DNA of 64,000 nucleotides from an uncultured Acidobacteriota bacterium (GCA_963822445.1 CAWGHO010000003.1:1440001-1504000), one strand, 5' to 3'; positions 41,705 to 51,401 are shown, numbered from the stretch's first letter. Made by a program: numbers and translations. Notes: generated from the sequence alone by a model not told the origin.

Positions 41705-42907
41705 ATGCCCTTTGCGACCGTCCAGGAAGCCGCCGAGCTCTACCGCCGCGGCGAGTTCGTGATCATCGTCGACGACGAGGATCGCGAGAACGAAGGCGAT
41801 CTCTGCATCGCCGCGGAGAAGGTCACCGCGGAGAAAATCAACTTCATGGCCAAGCATGGCCGTGGGCTGATCTGCCTGGCTTTGACCGAGGAGCGGACGC
41901 ACGAGCTCGATCTGCCGTTGATGGTCGAGAACAACACGGCGACGTTCGGGACGGCCTTCACCGTCTCGATCGAAGCTCGCGGACGCGTGACCACGGGCAT
42001 CTCCGCGTTCGACCGCGCCGAGACGGTTCGCGTAGCAATGGATCCGAAGACCCGGCCGCACGATCTCGCGCGGCCGGGGCATGTCTTTCCGCTCCGTGCG
42101 CGCAAGGGCGGCGTGCTCAAACGGGCCGGGCAGACCGAGGCGTCGATCGATCTCGCGACGATCTCCGGGCTCGCGCCGGGCGCCGTGATCTGCGAGATCA
42201 TGAACGAGGACGGCACGATGGCGCGGCTTCCGGATCTCCGCGAGTTCGCCATCCTGCACGGGCTGAAGATCATCTCCGTCGCGGACATCATCAAGTACCG
42301 CATGCAGACGGAGAAGCACGTGCACTGCCTCGCCTCGCCGAAGCTTCCCACGGACTACGGCGAGTTCCGCGTGCATGCGTACAAGAGCGACATCACCGGC
42401 GAGGAGCATGTCGCGCTGGTGAAAGGGGAGATCACCGAGGATGATGAGGTCCTGGTGCGCGTCCACTCGTCGTGCCTCACCGGCGACGTTTTCCACTCCA
42501 GCCGCTGCGACTGCGGCGACCAGCTCGATCGCGCCTTTGCGCTGATCGAGAAGGAGGGGAAGGGCGTCGTGCTCTATCTCCTGCAGGAAGGCCGCGGCAT
42601 CGGCCTGGTGAACAAGCTCCGCGCGTACGAGCTGCAGGATGAAGGCGACGACACGATCGAGGCGAATGCCAAGCTCGGCTTCGCCCCCGACATCCGCGAC
42701 TACGGAACCGGCTCCCAGATCCTCCGCGACCTCGGCGTCCGCAAGATCCGCCTGATGACCAACAACCCCGCGAAGTTCGTGGCCATCGAAGGCTTCGGCC
42801 TGGAGATCGTCGCCCGCGTCCCCCTCGAGATCGCCCCGTCGCTGACGACGAGGAAGTATCTCGAGGCGAAGAAGAAGAAGCTGGGGCACATTCTGGAGCT
42901 CGTGTAG
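41705..42907 (+). CDS. ribBA: Bifunctional DHBP synthase / GTP cyclohydrolase II
   Basis: [45 protein letters not shown]. Confidence 0.97.
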   Translation: MPFATVQEAAELYRRGEFVIIVDDEDRENEGDLCIAAEKVTAEKINFMAKHGRGLICLALTEERTHELDLPLMVENNTATFGTAFTVSIEARGRVTTGISAFDRAETVRVAMDPKTRPHDLARPGHVFPLRARKGGVLKRAGQTEASIDLATISGLAPGAVICEIMNEDGTMARLPDLREFAILHGLKIISVADIIKYRMQTEKHVHCLASPKLPTDYGEFRVHAYKSDITGEEHVALVKGEITEDDEVLVRVHSSCLTGDVFHSSRCDCGDQLDRAFALIEKEGKGVVLYLLQEGRGIGLVNKLRAYELQDEGDDTIEANAKLGFAPDIRDYGTGSQILRDLGVRKIRLMTNNPAKFVAIEGFGLEIVARVPLEIAPSLTTRKYLEAKKKKLGHILELV

Positions 42908-42923
42908 CTTCGCTTCACTCGCA

Positions 42924-43017
42924 GTTTCGGGGTTTCGGAGGTTGATGTCGTCGGGATGTTCTTCTTCCCCGTAACCCCGCAACCTCCGTAACCCCGTAAC
43001 CTCGTAACCCCGCAACC
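42924..43017. repeat. Inverted tandem octamer element (GTTTCGGR)n ... (CCCCGYAA)n
   Basis: About 2.5 copies at 42924-42943 and 6 approximately complementary copies at 42967-43017. Confidence 0.75.
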
Positions 43018-43034
43018 GGTTATCATCCGCCCCC

Positions 43035-43736
43035 ATGCCTCACACCGGTCCCATCCTCGAAGGCCGCGGCAACTCAGACTACGAGCGTTACGTTCGCGTT
43101 CCGGAGTTGCTCGAGCTGCAGAAGCCTGTCGAGCAGCTTTCCCATCCTGAAGAGCGGCTTTTCCAGACCACGCACCAGGCCGCGGAGCTCTGGCTGCATC
43201 ACATCGATTACGAGATCGATCGGGTCATTTCCTACATCAGCGCTGATGAGGTCGCGCAGGGTGCCGGTCTTCTGGAGCGATGCCGGTTGATCGTCGACCT
43301 GCTTCGCGAGCAGATCGTCATCCTCGAGACCATGGCTCCCGTCGATTACCACATCATCCGCACGAGCTCACTGGGGCGGGGGAGCGGGCAGGAGTCGCCC
43401 GGGTTCAACAAACTGCTCACGGCGGGCAGACGCCTGTGGCCACCGTTCCGCGATCTGCTGGCTCGGAAGGGGACGACGGTTCTCGATCTCGAGCGCGATC
43501 CGCGGCGCGAGCAGGAGCTGTTTCGTCTGCTTCAGTCCTACATGGACTACGACGAGGCCTTCCTGAAGTGGCGGTTCACGCACATGCATCTGGCCTTCCG
43601 CATCATCGGCAACAAGGTGATGTCGCTCAAAGGCGTTCCCGCGGCGCAGCTCGAGGCCGGAACACGCGAGCCGTTGTTTCCGGAGTTGTGGGATGCCATC
43701 AGCAGCCTCACCGCGGAGTACAAGCCCACGTACTAG
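43035..43736 (+). CDS. Tryptophan 2,3-dioxygenase-family heme oxygenase
   Basis: Y..Y....LL.LQ, F...HQ..ELW, SGQESPGF, WR..H...RIIG; lacks the GTGG loop. Confidence 0.8.
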   Translation: MPHTGPILEGRGNSDYERYVRVPELLELQKPVEQLSHPEERLFQTTHQAAELWLHHIDYEIDRVISYISADEVAQGAGLLERCRLIVDLLREQIVILETMAPVDYHIIRTSSLGRGSGQESPGFNKLLTAGRRLWPPFRDLLARKGTTVLDLERDPRREQELFRLLQSYMDYDEAFLKWRFTHMHLAFRIIGNKVMSLKGVPAAQLEAGTREPLFPELWDAISSLTAEYKPTY

Positions 43737-43867
43737 CCGGCGATCCGCGCCGGTTTCCTTTCGCCATGACCGGGTGTCAAAGAGACTTCGGAGAGGTCTC
43801 GAAAAGACGTGTTTTTGAAGGTCGGTTTCGCGGCTAAAACTTTCGGTTTCAGCCATTACCAATTGGG

Positions 43868-43896
43868 TTGACGGTGAGAAGGTCGATCTGTATATT
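43868..43896 (+). promoter_or_regulatory. Sigma70-type promoter of the TPR-tonB-exbB-exbD operon
   Basis: TTGACG-17 nt-TATATT. Confidence 0.65.
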
Positions 43897-43965
43897 CGCC
43901 GCCTATTGCCTGACGCGGGCCCCCCGCGAAGTTCTGCGATCACTCATCAGGGAGTTCGGAATCTA

Positions 43966-44802
43966 ATGAAAAAGAAGTTGTGCCTCTTGGTGGCACTTTC
44001 TCTTTCCCTATCGTTGCTCGGTGGTTGCCAGAAGATCCAGGCCCGCATGGAGATTCGTGACGCCAACGATGCATACGCGAAGGAAGACTACGCGTCGGCT
44101 CTCACGCACTACGAAAAGGCGCGGCAGATCGACGGAAAGAGCTTTCCCGAACTCGGTCGGATGATCGGCTACTCCCGGATCGGCATGTTCGTTCCGGAAG
44201 ACAAGTCTCCCGCCAACCTCCAGAACGCCGACAAAGCCGTTTCCGAGCTTCGTCAGTATCTGAAGACGAAGCCGGACGATCAGATCGCGCGGGAAGCTCT
44301 CATCAACCTGTACCTCAACGCGGACCGCATCACCGATGCGATCAACTACTTCCGCGAGTGGCTGCAGACCCACCCGGCCGACATCGATGCCGTTCGCTCG
44401 ATCGCGACGCTTTACGCGAAGCAGGGCAACTTCAACGAGTCGCTGAACTGGTACGAGAAGATCACTCTGCTCGATGCCCGCAACCCCGAAGCGTTCTACA
44501 CATTCGGTGTGGTCTGCTACGAGAAGGTCGCGAAGAATCCGCCGGCCGACATGGCCGAGCGCATGGCCATCATCGAGAGAGGCAAGGGCGCGCTGCAGAA
44601 GGCGGTCAGCCTCCGCAAGGATTACTTCGAGGCGATGGTCTACCTGCAGCTGCTCTACCGGCAGCAGGCTCCCATCGAGACCGATCCCGTCAAGCAGCAG
44701 GCCCTTCTGGCCGAGGCCGATCGCATCCGCAACGAAGCGATCGCCATCGTCCGGAAGAAGAAAGCGGAAGCCGCGGCGAAGACCGCCGGCAACCAGAGCT
44801 AA
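43966..44802 (+). CDS. TPR lipoprotein
   Basis: Lipobox LGGC after the hydrophobic core; TPR-like helices. Confidence 0.8.
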   Translation: MKKKLCLLVALSLSLSLLGGCQKIQARMEIRDANDAYAKEDYASALTHYEKARQIDGKSFPELGRMIGYSRIGMFVPEDKSPANLQNADKAVSELRQYLKTKPDDQIAREALINLYLNADRITDAINYFREWLQTHPADIDAVRSIATLYAKQGNFNESLNWYEKITLLDARNPEAFYTFGVVCYEKVAKNPPADMAERMAIIERGKGALQKAVSLRKDYFEAMVYLQLLYRQQAPIETDPVKQQALLAEADRIRNEAIAIVRKKKAEAAAKTAGNQS

Positions 44803-44814
44803 CGGAACCACACC

Positions 44815-45564
44815 ATGTTCGAAACGACAGTCGTCGAATCCAGAAAACAGAAGGTCGGGATCCAGAAGTACCTGACGCTGCCGGTGTCACTCGGCCTGCA
44901 CATCGTGGTGATTCTGGGCATCCTCTTCGGCGCGGTATGGAACGTCGAGTTCCCCACGAACTCGCCCGCCCAGGTCGCGCAGTACTCGGTGGCCGCCGCG
45001 CCGCCCCCGCCTCCGCCGCCGCCCCCGCCGCCGCCCAAAGCGGCCACGGTCAAGCCGGTGGAAGTGAGGCCGGTCGAAGTGCCGCAGGACATCCAGAATC
45101 TCGCGCCCACTACCGTTCCTGATCAGGTCAAGCCGGTCGAGGTGGAAGGCGGCGTCGAGGGTGTGGAAGGCGGCGTCGAAGGTGGAGTGGAAGGTGGTGT
45201 CGTAGGTGGTGTGGTCGGCGGCGTCGTCGGCGGCATCGTCACGGACACGATGCCTCCTCCGCCGAAAGAGCAGGCTCCGTTGCGCGTCGGCGGCGACGTC
45301 AAGGCGCCGGTGGTCATCAGCCGCGTCGAGCCGCACTACCCCGAGGTGGCGCGCAAGGCCCGGATCGCGGGCATCGTCATCGTCGAGTGCATCATCGATA
45401 AAGAAGGCCGCGTCCGGGACGTGAAGGTTCTCAAGCCGCTGCCGTTCGGACTCGATCAGGCGGCGGTGAACGCGGTCGAGAAGTGGAAGTTCCGCCCCGG
45501 CACGCTCAACGGGCAGCCGGTCGACGTCATCTTCAATCTCACAGTCAACTTCAAGCTCAACTAA
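44815..45564 (+). CDS. tonB: Energy transducer TonB
   Basis: N-terminal TM with S..LH, poly-Pro, GGVE/GGVV repeats, YP..AR...I.G.V...W.F.PG C-terminal domain. Confidence 0.9.
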   Translation: MFETTVVESRKQKVGIQKYLTLPVSLGLHIVVILGILFGAVWNVEFPTNSPAQVAQYSVAAAPPPPPPPPPPPPKAATVKPVEVRPVEVPQDIQNLAPTTVPDQVKPVEVEGGVEGVEGGVEGGVEGGVVGGVVGGVVGGIVTDTMPPPPKEQAPLRVGGDVKAPVVISRVEPHYPEVARKARIAGIVIVECIIDKEGRVRDVKVLKPLPFGLDQAAVNAVEKWKFRPGTLNGQPVDVIFNLTVNFKLN

Positions 45565-45619
45565 CAAGCACCGGGCCGAGGGCGTGAGCCCCGTCCCATT
45601 TGATCAGGAGGGATTTTTC

Positions 45620-46312
45620 ATGGACATGTCCTGGGGCCATCTTTGGAGAGAGATGGGTTTCGTCGGGAAGGCCGTCGTCGTCTTGATGTTTCTGATGTCG
45701 GTCTACTCGCTGTGGGTGATGGTCGAGCGTTTCATCGTCTTCCAGAAGGCGAAGAATCAGTCGCTCAAGCTGCTCGGCGCGCTTTCGAATCTGCTCACCC
45801 GCGGTGAGTATGGTCAGGCCATCGAAGTCACCAAGAAGTACAAGGCCAGCCACCTTTCGAAGGTCATCGCTGCCGGTCTGCTCGAATTCGAGGCATCACG
45901 CCGCGACAAGCGCACGACCGATCCCGAGCTCGCCGTCGAAGCGGCGCGCCAGGGCATGGACCGTACGGCCATGATCACCGTCGCTGAGCTGAAGGAGAAC
46001 CTGGGTGTTCTCGCGACCATCGGCGCCACCGCGCCGTTCGTCGGTCTCTTCGGCACGGTCATGGGCATCATCCGAGCGTTCGAAGGCATGGCCAAGTCCG
46101 GCGGCGGTATCGCCTCGGTCTCGGCCGGTATCGCCGAAGCGCTCCTCACCACGGCCGGCGGCCTCCTCGTCGCCATCCCCGCGGTGTGGGCTTACAACTA
46201 CTTCCAGAACCGCGTCGATCGCTTCACCGTCGAGATGTCGAACTCGGGCTCGGAGATGGCCATCTACTTCATGAAGGAAGTCGGAACCGGCAATGACAAA
46301 GCGGTCGTCTAA
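45620..46312 (+). CDS. exbB: MotA/TolQ/ExbB proton channel
   Basis: LATIGATAPFVGLFGTV.GI, GIAEAL.TTA.GL.VAIPA. Confidence 0.9.
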   Translation: MDMSWGHLWREMGFVGKAVVVLMFLMSVYSLWVMVERFIVFQKAKNQSLKLLGALSNLLTRGEYGQAIEVTKKYKASHLSKVIAAGLLEFEASRRDKRTTDPELAVEAARQGMDRTAMITVAELKENLGVLATIGATAPFVGLFGTVMGIIRAFEGMAKSGGGIASVSAGIAEALLTTAGGLLVAIPAVWAYNYFQNRVDRFTVEMSNSGSEMAIYFMKEVGTGNDKAVV

Positions 46313-46742
46313 CGTCAGTTCGCTCGGCAAGCTGAGCCGCGCGGCGCTGACGTCGGACATCAACGTCACGCCGCTGGTGGACGTCTGCCTCGTGCTTCTG
46401 ATCATTTTCATGGTCGTCACGCCCATGCTGCAGAAGGGCGTCCCGGTGAACCTGCCGGTGACCGAGCAGCCGGAGACGACACCCGATACCGACAAGCAGT
46501 TGCAGATCTCGCTGAAGGCCGACGGCTCGGTCTACCTCGGCCCGAACGTGGTCCGTAAGGATCAGGTCCAGACGGCGCTCGAGGAGATCCATCAGCGTAC
46601 GCCGGACCGCGAGATCGCCGTCAAAGGCGACAAGATGGTGAAGTACGGGGACGTGCTCGACGTCCTCAAGGCCTGCCGTGAGGTCGGCTTCAACGACGTC
46701 GGTTTGATCGCGCAGCCCAAGAGAGGGCCCGGAGAGGTCTAG
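46293..46742 (+). CDS. exbD: ExbD/TolR family protein
   Basis: INVTPLVDVCLVLLIIFMV. Confidence 0.9.
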   Translation: MTKRSSNVSSLGKLSRAALTSDINVTPLVDVCLVLLIIFMVVTPMLQKGVPVNLPVTEQPETTPDTDKQLQISLKADGSVYLGPNVVRKDQVQTALEEIHQRTPDREIAVKGDKMVKYGDVLDVLKACREVGFNDVGLIAQPKRGPGEV

Positions 46743-46746
46743 TCAC

Positions 46747-47184
46747 ATGCAAGTAGGTGGCAGCGGCTCAATGAATTCGGACATCAACGTCACACCGTTG
46801 GTGGACGTTGTGCTCGTACTTCTGATCATCTTCATGGTCATCACGCCGGTCGTCCAGATGGGCTATCTGGTCAAGGTTCCGCCGAAAGCACCCGCGAACC
46901 TCCCTCCGTCCGCGGTGCAGGACCAGATCGTTCTGCGTCTCTATACGGGCGACCGGGTCATGATCAACAAGGAAGAGCTGACCATGGCTCAGTTCCCCGG
47001 CCGGGTTCGTGAGATCCTGCGCGGCAACACCTCGAAGATGGTGTTCTTCGCCGGCGGTCGCGACGTCGATTACGAGACGACGATGAAGTTCCTCGACCTG
47101 GCCCGCGCCAGCGGCGCCCGGAACATCGGCATCATCGTCGAGGATCCGATCGCGTCCCCCGCGGCATCGGCCATCGGGCAGTAA
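46747..47184 (+). CDS. exbD: ExbD/TolR family protein (second copy)
   Basis: INVTPLVDVVLVLLIIFMV. Confidence 0.9.
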   Translation: MQVGGSGSMNSDINVTPLVDVVLVLLIIFMVITPVVQMGYLVKVPPKAPANLPPSAVQDQIVLRLYTGDRVMINKEELTMAQFPGRVREILRGNTSKMVFFAGGRDVDYETTMKFLDLARASGARNIGIIVEDPIASPAASAIGQ

Positions 47185-47205
47185 ACTCAACGCAAGCGAA
47201 GTTAC

Positions 47206-47234
47206 GAAAACGGCGGCGCGAGCCGCCGTTTTTC
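47206..47234. terminator. Bidirectional rho-independent terminator
   Basis: AAAACGGCGGC-GCGA-GCCGCCGTTTTT between convergent genes. Confidence 0.85.
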
Positions 47235-47236
47235 AT

Positions 47237-47458
47237 TTACGCCGCGAAGGAGATGATCTCGAGTTCCGTGGAAGACCCGACGCGCGAGAGAAGGTCCTCC
47301 ACCCGGGCGAAGGTTGGATCATCGAGAGCGTACTCAGCGCAACGTTCGCACTGATACACGGGGATTCCTTTCATGACCACGATGGTGCGATCTCCGGTCT
47401 TGAATGGCAGATCGGTCTCGACGCGATGCTGCACGCCACCGCAAACCCTGCATTTCAT
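47237..47458 (-). CDS. YgiT-type zinc finger (MqsA-like antitoxin)
   Basis: MKCRVCGG...IP...CERC.E. Confidence 0.88.
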   Translation of the reverse strand: MKCRVCGGVQHRVETDLPFKTGDRTIVVMKGIPVYQCERCAEYALDDPTFARVEDLLSRVGSSTELEIISFAA

Positions 47459-47778
47459 CGCTTTCTCCTGTTCTTGAAGTCCGGCGGATCCCATTCTTCG
47501 GGATCGGGCCGGTAGGCCGTGACGACGCGGGCGTTGTCTCCCTCGAGGTCAATGGCAAACAGTACGTGAAACCCTGACGATGCAACCAGATAGCTAGGCA
47601 GGTACTTGTCGTCAGGATACGACTCGATGATTGAGTATGCGTCGACCGTGTTCAGGATCTCTGCCCGTGTGATGTGTCTCCGTTCGAGGCGCATGTTCAC
47701 GTGGTAAGTCCAGAAGAGCTTCCGCTGTCGGACGCATTTCTGAATGAACCCGAGTGGATCGTCGGCCTGCTTTGACAT
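47455..47778 (-). CDS. DUF4258 protein (putative toxin)
   Basis: T.H...R...R.I, IIESYPDDK..PS.L, H, VTAYRPD..EW; coupled to the Zn finger (ATGA). Confidence 0.85.
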   Translation of the reverse strand: MSKQADDPLGFIQKCVRQRKLFWTYHVNMRLERRHITRAEILNTVDAYSIIESYPDDKYLPSYLVASSGFHVLFAIDLEGDNARVVTAYRPDPEEWDPPDFKNRRKR

Positions 47779-48350
47779 GCTGGTTGAAACCGTTGAACAC
47801 GATGATCGCGCATGAAATTTTGCCGCGCGGTCCAGTCAGTGAGCGTGAAGAGCATGAACATCGCCACGAACCCAGGCGCCGCCGATTTCCGCCGCGGCAG
47901 CAAAGCCGCCATCCGTTCATCGATCCTGAGCAGGTGATCCACTGAGATTTTTCCCCCGCCCGTGAGCAGCAGCGCGAGGCACATCGCGAACAGCGCCAGC
48001 GGCATCTCGATCCCGCGCAGGGCAACGAAAGCCTTGATTGCACCCGGCTGCACCTCGAACAATGCGTCGGGGAGTTGCACGATGAAGGCGGCCACGAACA
48101 TAGTGCCCGCCAGGAGCAGCGCATCGAGACGCGTCAGAAACCCGGCGATGAGCAGGACGGCCCCGATGACCTCGGCGTACGCGGCGACGTAACCGAGCAG
48201 CGAGGGGATGTTGTAGTTAGCGGCGATGTCGGCGGCGAAGGCGGCCGCTCCGCCGTCTCCGGCGACCTTCGACCAGCCGTGGGGGAGGAAGATCAATCCC
48301 GCGGCGATGCGCAGGATCAACGCGGCGAGGTCTCCGGCAACATTCCTCAT
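47697..48350 (-). CDS. DoxX family membrane protein (C-terminal extension runs into DUF4258)
   Basis: LRI..G..F..HG..K, E..G..LL..G..TR, GGG..S.D; GAGGAG RBS. Confidence 0.8.
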   Translation of the reverse strand: MRNVAGDLAALILRIAAGLIFLPHGWSKVAGDGGAAAFAADIAANYNIPSLLGYVAAYAEVIGAVLLIAGFLTRLDALLLAGTMFVAAFIVQLPDALFEVQPGAIKAFVALRGIEMPLALFAMCLALLLTGGGKISVDHLLRIDERMAALLPRRKSAAPGFVAMFMLFTLTDWTARQNFMRDHRVQRFQPACQSRPTIHSGSFRNASDSGSSSGLTT

Positions 48351-48362
48351 GTCCCCTCCTCG

Positions 48363-49184
48363 GTGAACGGCGGCAAACGCCCCGCCGGGCTGGCGGAACG
48401 GGTGATCGCTCCCGTTTTCCTGTTCGTGTCGTTCTATGTTGCCACACTCATCCTTTTGAGCTGGCTTCGCTTCCCCTTCCAGCAGTGGATCGGGCTGATC
48501 TCCGCCACCGTCGCCACCGTCCTGACCATCCTCATCCTCGACCGCGGCCGCTGGGACCTCGGCCTGTTCGTGCCGCCGCGCCTGGCCGTTCGCGAGTTTC
48601 TGATCGGCAGCGCGTGGGGGATCGCGCTGATCGGAGTCGCCGCGATCATCGTCATCCTCACCACGGAGGTACGGCACGGTCCCGGACGCGGATTCCCCTG
48701 GGCCGAGCTCGCGGCGGTCTTTCTCCCGGCGGCAATTCATGAGGAGCTCGTCTTTCGTGGCTATCCCTTCCAGAAGCTCGTGAAGATGAACGCGACCTTC
48801 GCGGTCGTGGCGATCGCGCTCCTCTTCGCCGCACTGCACGCGAACAACTCCTCGGTCACTCCGCTCGGCCTGCTGAACATCTTTCTGGGCGGAGTCCTGC
48901 TCGGCGTCGCCTACCTGCGGTACCGCCGGCTCTGGTTCCCGATCGGCCTGCACCTCGCCTGGAACCTCATGACCGGCCCGATCCTCGGTCACGAAGTCAG
49001 CGGCTATCAGGGCTACGAGACGGTTCTCACCGAGAGCGGGCAGGGCCCCTGGTGGCTCTCGGGAGGGGAGTTCGGGATCGAGGGGAGCGTGGTCATGACG
49101 GCAGTGGAACTACTGGCAATCGCGTTGCTCAGCCGAACGCGGAATGCAGAAGGCAGAATGCAGAAGGCAGAATGCAGAACATGA
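48363..49184 (+). CDS. CPBP (CAAX/Abi) intramembrane metalloprotease
   Basis: EELVFRGY, FAALH, PIGLH.AWN, G.FG.EGS. Confidence 0.88.
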   Translation: MNGGKRPAGLAERVIAPVFLFVSFYVATLILLSWLRFPFQQWIGLISATVATVLTILILDRGRWDLGLFVPPRLAVREFLIGSAWGIALIGVAAIIVILTTEVRHGPGRGFPWAELAAVFLPAAIHEELVFRGYPFQKLVKMNATFAVVAIALLFAALHANNSSVTPLGLLNIFLGGVLLGVAYLRYRRLWFPIGLHLAWNLMTGPILGHEVSGYQGYETVLTESGQGPWWLSGGEFGIEGSVVMTAVELLAIALLSRTRNAEGRMQKAECRT

Positions 49185-49231
49185 GAATGCCCTAGGTCGT
49201 TTTTGCATTCTGCATTCTGCATTCTGCATTT
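49142..49231. repeat. Inverted tandem heptamer element (GAAKGCA)n ... (TGCATTC)n
   Basis: About 5.4 copies at 49142-49179 and 4 complementary copies at 49204-49231. Confidence 0.9.
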
Positions 49232-49246
49232 TCGAACGGAGTGAGA

Positions 49247-50422
49247 ATGAAAGAACTCGTGATCGTCGACGGCGCCCGCACGCCGATGGCGGAATACAAC
49301 GGACACTTCAGCGACATCAGCGCGATCGACCTCGGCGTCATCGCCGCGAAGGAAGCCCTCAGACGCAGCGGATTCGCCGGCGAGGAGATCGATCACGTCA
49401 TCGTCGGCAACGCCCTGCAGACCTCGGGCGATGCGATCTACGGAGCGCGTCACGTCGGCTTGAAAGCCGGCGTTCCGAAACAGGTTCCCGCGCTGACCGT
49501 GAATCGCCTTTGCGGATCCGGAATCCAGTCGATCATCAGCGGCGCCGAGCAGATCCAGCTCGATGAAGCCACCACCGTACTCGCCGGAGGCATGGAGAAC
49601 ATGTCCCAGGCCCCGTTCGTCGTACGCGGCGCGCGCAAAGGCCTCAAGCTCGGACAGGGCAACATGGAAGACTCGCTGATGGTGGCGCTGCTCGACACCT
49701 ACGCCGGTCTCTACATGGCTCAAACCTCGGACAACCTCGCGCGCAAGTACGAGATCTCGCGCGAGCAGCAGGACGAGTTCGCGCTGCGCAGCCAGACCTG
49801 CGCGGGCGAGGCGGTGAAGAACGGCCGCCTGCAGGAAGAGATCGTCGCGGTTCCGGTCGGGCGCAAAGGTGAATTGATCACTGCCGATGACCACATGCGC
49901 CCCGACACGACGATGGAAATCCTGGGCAAGCTCAAACCGGCATTCGCCAAAGACGGTTTCGTCACCGCAGGCAATGCCTCGGGCATCGTCGACGGCGCGG
50001 CCATGCTCGTCGTCACCACCGCGGACAAGGCGAAGGAAAAGGGCAAGACTCCGCTCGGCCGCATCGTCTCGTGGGGCGTCGCGGGATGCGATCCCGAGAT
50101 CATGGGCATCGGTCCCGTTCCGGCGACGCAGATCGCGTTGAAGAAGGCCGGTCTGAAACTCGACGACATCGATCTGATCGAGATCAACGAAGCCTTCGCC
50201 GGCCAGATCCTCGCCGTGGCGAAAGAGCTCGGCATCGACAAGGAAAAGCTGAACGTGAACGGCGGCGCGATCGCGCTCGGCCATCCACTCGGTGCTTCCG
50301 GAACGCGGCTCGTGCTGACCCTTCTGTACGAGCTTCGCCGCCGCAAGCAGCGCTACGGCCTGGCCTCGGCGTGCATCGGTGGCGGACAGGGCATCGCCAT
50401 GATCGTGGAGAGTGCGGCGTGA
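49247..50422 (+). CDS. Acetyl-CoA C-acyltransferase (thiolase)
   Basis: RTP, NRLCGSG, TAGNASG..DGA, NEAF, GHPLGASG, CIGGGQG. Confidence 0.95.
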   Translation: MKELVIVDGARTPMAEYNGHFSDISAIDLGVIAAKEALRRSGFAGEEIDHVIVGNALQTSGDAIYGARHVGLKAGVPKQVPALTVNRLCGSGIQSIISGAEQIQLDEATTVLAGGMENMSQAPFVVRGARKGLKLGQGNMEDSLMVALLDTYAGLYMAQTSDNLARKYEISREQQDEFALRSQTCAGEAVKNGRLQEEIVAVPVGRKGELITADDHMRPDTTMEILGKLKPAFAKDGFVTAGNASGIVDGAAMLVVTTADKAKEKGKTPLGRIVSWGVAGCDPEIMGIGPVPATQIALKKAGLKLDDIDLIEINEAFAGQILAVAKELGIDKEKLNVNGGAIALGHPLGASGTRLVLTLLYELRRRKQRYGLASACIGGGQGIAMIVESAA

Positions 50423-50715
50423 AGGCGCTCGCGCTGTTTCTCGTCCTGATGGGAGCGACGGCCGCGCAGGCCGCGGACCTGAAAGGCACGGTGACTCTTC
50501 ACGAGAAGGACGCGGACGTCCGCGACATCCTCAAATCGATGCAGAAACAGTGCGGCATCCGCAATCTGGTCATCGACCCGGACGTCGCCGGCAAAGGCAC
50601 GCTCTACTTCAAGCAGGTGCCCTGCGCGACGGCCTTCCGCGTCGTCTTCCGGCAGTTCGGTCTCGCCGGCCAGCCCGATCCGAACGTGCTCTTCGTCCAG
50701 ACGCGTCCTCGCTGA
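50419..50715 (+). CDS. Small secreted protein, stand-alone secretin N0/STN-like domain
   Basis: Signal peptide AQA|A then VTL..KDADVRDIL...NLVIDPDV.G..TL....VP...AF..V....GL; GTGA overlap with the thiolase stop. Confidence 0.6.
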   Translation: MKALALFLVLMGATAAQAADLKGTVTLHEKDADVRDILKSMQKQCGIRNLVIDPDVAGKGTLYFKQVPCATAFRVVFRQFGLAGQPDPNVLFVQTRPR

Positions 50716-51401
50716 TGACGCATCGCACGAAAATCAAGGTGGCGGTGGCGCTGCTGATCGCCACCGTCGTCGCCGCGCTGTGGTTCTCGCCACTCCGTGC
50801 TTACCTGACGCGTGAGAACGTGCGTGCGGCAGTTGAGCATCTTCGCGGCATCTGGTACGGGCCGATCGTCTTCATGCTCGTCTACGCGACGGCGTGCATC
50901 TTCGCCGTGCCGGCTTCGCTGTTCTGCCTCGCCGCCGGCTTCATCTGGGGCTGGATGCTCGGCGGAACGTACACGGTGATCGGCGGCCTGTTCGGCGCGA
51001 TCGCGTCGTTCTACGTCGCGCGTTTCGTCGGCGAGGGGTTGATTCATCGCTTCGGCCGCCTCGGACAATTCGTCGCGAAGCAGGCCGATCACGCCGGCTT
51101 TCGGTCGTTGCTCGTGCTGCGCTTCATCCCGGGCATTCCGTTCGCGGTGTTGAACTACGGCGCGGGCGTGGCGGGAGTGCGATTCCGCGATTACGTCGCG
51201 GCGACGTTTCTGGGCATTCTTCCGCCGACGTTCGTCTTCGCCTACTTCGCGGACGCGCTGTTCAACGGCACGATCAGCGAAGGCGTGGTCGTGCAACGGA
51301 TGATCATCGCGGCGGCACTGATGATCGGCATCACGCTGCTGCCGGCGCTGGTGAAGCGCCTGTCGAAGCGGACCGCGGACGTCAAGAACCTGCCGGGGTA
51401 G
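50715..51401 (+). CDS. TVP38/TMEM64 (DedA/VTT) family membrane protein
   Basis: VP.......AG...G...G, LRFIPGIPF..LNY.AG. Confidence 0.88.
   Translation: MTHRTKIKVAVALLIATVVAALWFSPLRAYLTRENVRAAVEHLRGIWYGPIVFMLVYATACIFAVPASLFCLAAGFIWGWMLGGTYTVIGGLFGAIASFYVARFVGEGLIHRFGRLGQFVAKQADHAGFRSLLVLRFIPGIPFAVLNYGAGVAGVRFRDYVAATFLGILPPTFVFAYFADALFNGTISEGVVVQRMIIAAALMIGITLLPALVKRLSKRTADVKNLPG

Noticed and set aside
40112-43036. 974-aa minus-strand ORF and similar long antisense ORFs (60809-63484, 51949-53694, 28966-30288)
   Set aside because: Shadow frames of well-supported genes in high-GC DNA; no recognisable motifs
43905-43955. Riboswitch in the leader of the TPR-tonB operon or upstream of ribBA
   Set aside because: Only a short CCTGA/TCAGG pairing; no FMN, cobalamin or TPP consensus visible, and ribBA has a 9-bp upstream gap
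44990-45240. CCG and GGCGTCG/GGTGTGG tandem repeats
   Set aside because: They encode the poly-Pro and GGVE/GGVV linker typical of TonB proteins
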